A stretch of 64,000 nt of DNA. Source: Callorhinchus milii (taxonomy: Eukaryota). The notes under the pieces were generated by a model. The model had not been told where the DNA came from. It saw nothing but the letters and a program-made list of their open reading frames with translations, and made no database searches. Shown here in pieces: positions 62,005 to 64,000 of the stretch. Where the stretch lies: NCBI RefSeq assembly GCF_018977255.1, contig NW_024704742.1, forward strand, positions 22,260,001 to 22,324,000, in the 5' to 3' direction. The translations under genes and the position numbers were made by a program. How positions within the stretch are numbered: position 1 is the first letter of the stretch; the number at the start of each line of letters is the position of its first letter.

Positions 62005-63003
62005 GTGTTGGTGACATCATCCGCAGACATGGGGTCAACTTCCACATGTATGCGGATGACACGCAACTCTACCTCTCTGCCTCCGCCCTTGACTCTAGGA
62101 CCACTGTTGTGCTGACAGAACGTCTGTCAGGCATCAAGTCCTGGATGAGAGCTAACTTTCTACAGTTCAACGTCAACAAGACCGAGGCGCTCCTGATTGG
62201 CTCACGTCAGCGCCTCCTCACCTCAGGCGCTGACAGAATCACCATCCATGGTTGCACACTCCACCTTGCTAAGCCAGTCGGGAACCTTGGGGTCTTGTTT
62301 GACCCTCAACTATCCTTTCTACATCTGCGCCATGTCCCGCTCTGCCTTCTCCCACCTCCGCAACGTCACTCGGCTCTGACACTGTCTCACACCGCAGGCC
62401 GTTGAAACCCTCATACACGCTTTCATTACATCGAGGCTTGACTGTGCAAACTCATTGCTTGTCAGCCTCCCCAACTCTTCCCTCCACAGGCTGCAGATCA
62501 TCCAAAACTCTGCAGCCCGTATGCTCTTCCACACTAGGCTCCGCGACCCTATCACCACCATCCTTGCCCAGCTCCACTGGCTTCCCATCACACAGAGGAT
62601 ACAGTTCAAGATCCTTCAAAGCCTTCCATGGTTTTGCTCCACCCTACCTCTGCGACCTCCTAACCCCTACCATTCTGGTCGCTCCCTCCGCTCAGCGGGC
62701 ACGGCCTGCTTCATGTACCCCGCCTTGCTCGCCCCACTATTGGAGGGCGGTCCTTCCGCCACTCTGCCCCCACCCTCTGGAACTCAATCCCGCAGTCCCT
62801 CTCTCAACCCCTCTCTTGCCACCTTCAAGACCCATTTCGAGACCCTCCTCTTCAACCGTGCTTTCGATCTCCCTGCTTCCCCCCCCTGCCCTCCACCCCA
62901 CCACTACCCTCAGCTCGGGTCCATAACTCTGTCAGTTCAGCGCCTTGGGACGTCCTGCCGACGTGAAAGGCGCTTTACAAATGTAATTTTGTTGTTGTTA
63001 TTG
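62005..63003 (+). mobile_element. 5'-truncated L2 LINE (~1 kb) with RT C-terminus, frameshifted
   Basis: MYADDTQLY, WMRANFLQFNVNKTE, NLGVLFD, LQIIQNSAAR, LHWLPITQRIQFKI; tail gcgccttgggacgtcctgccgacgtgaaaggcgc...ttgttgttg. Confidence 0.95.
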
Positions 63004-63214
63004 GAGTAAATATAACCATCTAATCCCTATCCAAATATTTATCCAATTATTTATTGAACGATTTAATTGACAAAGCATTTGTTACTTTACTAGGGTTCTA
63101 CTAGTTAACTTGTAGAACCTAAATTTGTTAAACTTCTAAACTTGTCAGAGGAAAAACTATTTTTCTAATCTTTTGTTCTGTGGCTCTCACCTTCTCAACT
63201 CACAGTTCATGATG

Positions 63215-63380
63215 AACAGTCTCCTTCAAAGCCCATCTCAAGATCTTGCTCTTTGACAGTGCCTTCACTGTCATCCCCCACCTCCACTACCATTGCCCTC
63301 CACACCTTTTGACTCTAACCTCCAGCTCTGGTGCCACTGTCCAACACTTTGGGATGTATTCCCGATTCAATCTGTTGTTC
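63215..63380 (+). mobile_element. Old L2 3' fragment
   Basis: ccttcaaagcccatctcaagatcttgctctttgacagtgccttc...ccaacactttgggatgtattcccga. Confidence 0.65.
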
Positions 63381-64000
63381 TACTGCTAGTGTAATGACTC
63401 TTTTTAAAACCTAACAGGGCAGCCAAAGTACACAGAGCTAGGTGCCACATACAGCCATGAAGTGAGTGACCAATTGTTAGTGATCTGTGTCTCGTGATTT
63501 TCACAGTTCTTTTTTGAAGGAGTTAATAGTGCCTGTTTTATTTGGGATACTATGTAATTTATTACTCTGTAGTGGAAAATTACTTTACTTAATGGTCAAG
63601 TGCTCATAAAATAGCCTCCTTATACCTAATTCATCTCATTGTTTTAAAGATCTGGTTTATTTCCCTTTCTGTGTTTTATAATGGAAGTTAGAAAATAATG
63701 TTTTTATAATGTTCAGTTCTACAAGCCAATCCTCATAACGTATAATTGTGTCCAGGTATCATCATTGTTGCTCCTCTATAACTACCTGAGATGTTTCAAT
63801 ATTCTTTCCCAAAAACACACCCATAACTGGATCTAATTTGCAATATTTCTTAATAAGGAATCCCATTAGAATTCCTGCCGAACCACAGAAACTTCTCCAG
63901 GAATAGATTGTATTGGAAAAAAGCTCCTGCAGATCAGCATGATCTCCAATTAATTGCATATTGGATAAAACAGCATATTCCATTTATTCTAGGTACTGAA

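Noticed and set aside
1..64000. CRISPR array, operon or other prokaryotic/viral system
   Set aside because: The DNA is intron-containing vertebrate sequence; the recurrent motifs are dispersed SINE/LINE tails, not regularly spaced repeat-spacer units.

Overview
Vertebrate (eukaryotic) genomic DNA, AT-rich and mostly non-coding. The repeat content (L2 and CR1 LINE fragments, Deu-domain SINEs, tRNA-Ala-headed SINEs with L2-type tails, a shark-type palindromic repeat) points to a cartilaginous fish, probably a chimaera; this is an inference. The only confidently identifiable gene is TTC29 on the minus strand: three phase-compatible internal coding exons (59089-59180, 56484-56607, 49859-50090) encode its C-terminal TPR region. 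Upstream exons lie beyond the right edge, and the terminal exon is unresolved. By vertebrate synteny POU4F2 should lie just left of the window, and the first ~5 kb look like its regulatory landscape. Nearly all ORFs in the supplied track are spurious or repeat-derived. The most notable observations are: a near-identical inverted SINE pair bracketing two TTC29 exons that would form a 216-nt stop-free circle; an intact 521-bp MITE with 19-bp TIRs and an 8-bp TSD; a Penelope-type palindrome with degenerate hammerhead-like cores; an unclassified two-copy repeat; and an orphan minus-strand exon with a C2H2-linker-like peptide. No entirely new biological system can be proven from the sequence alone. 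Repeat boundaries are approximate unless TSD/TIR coordinates are given.
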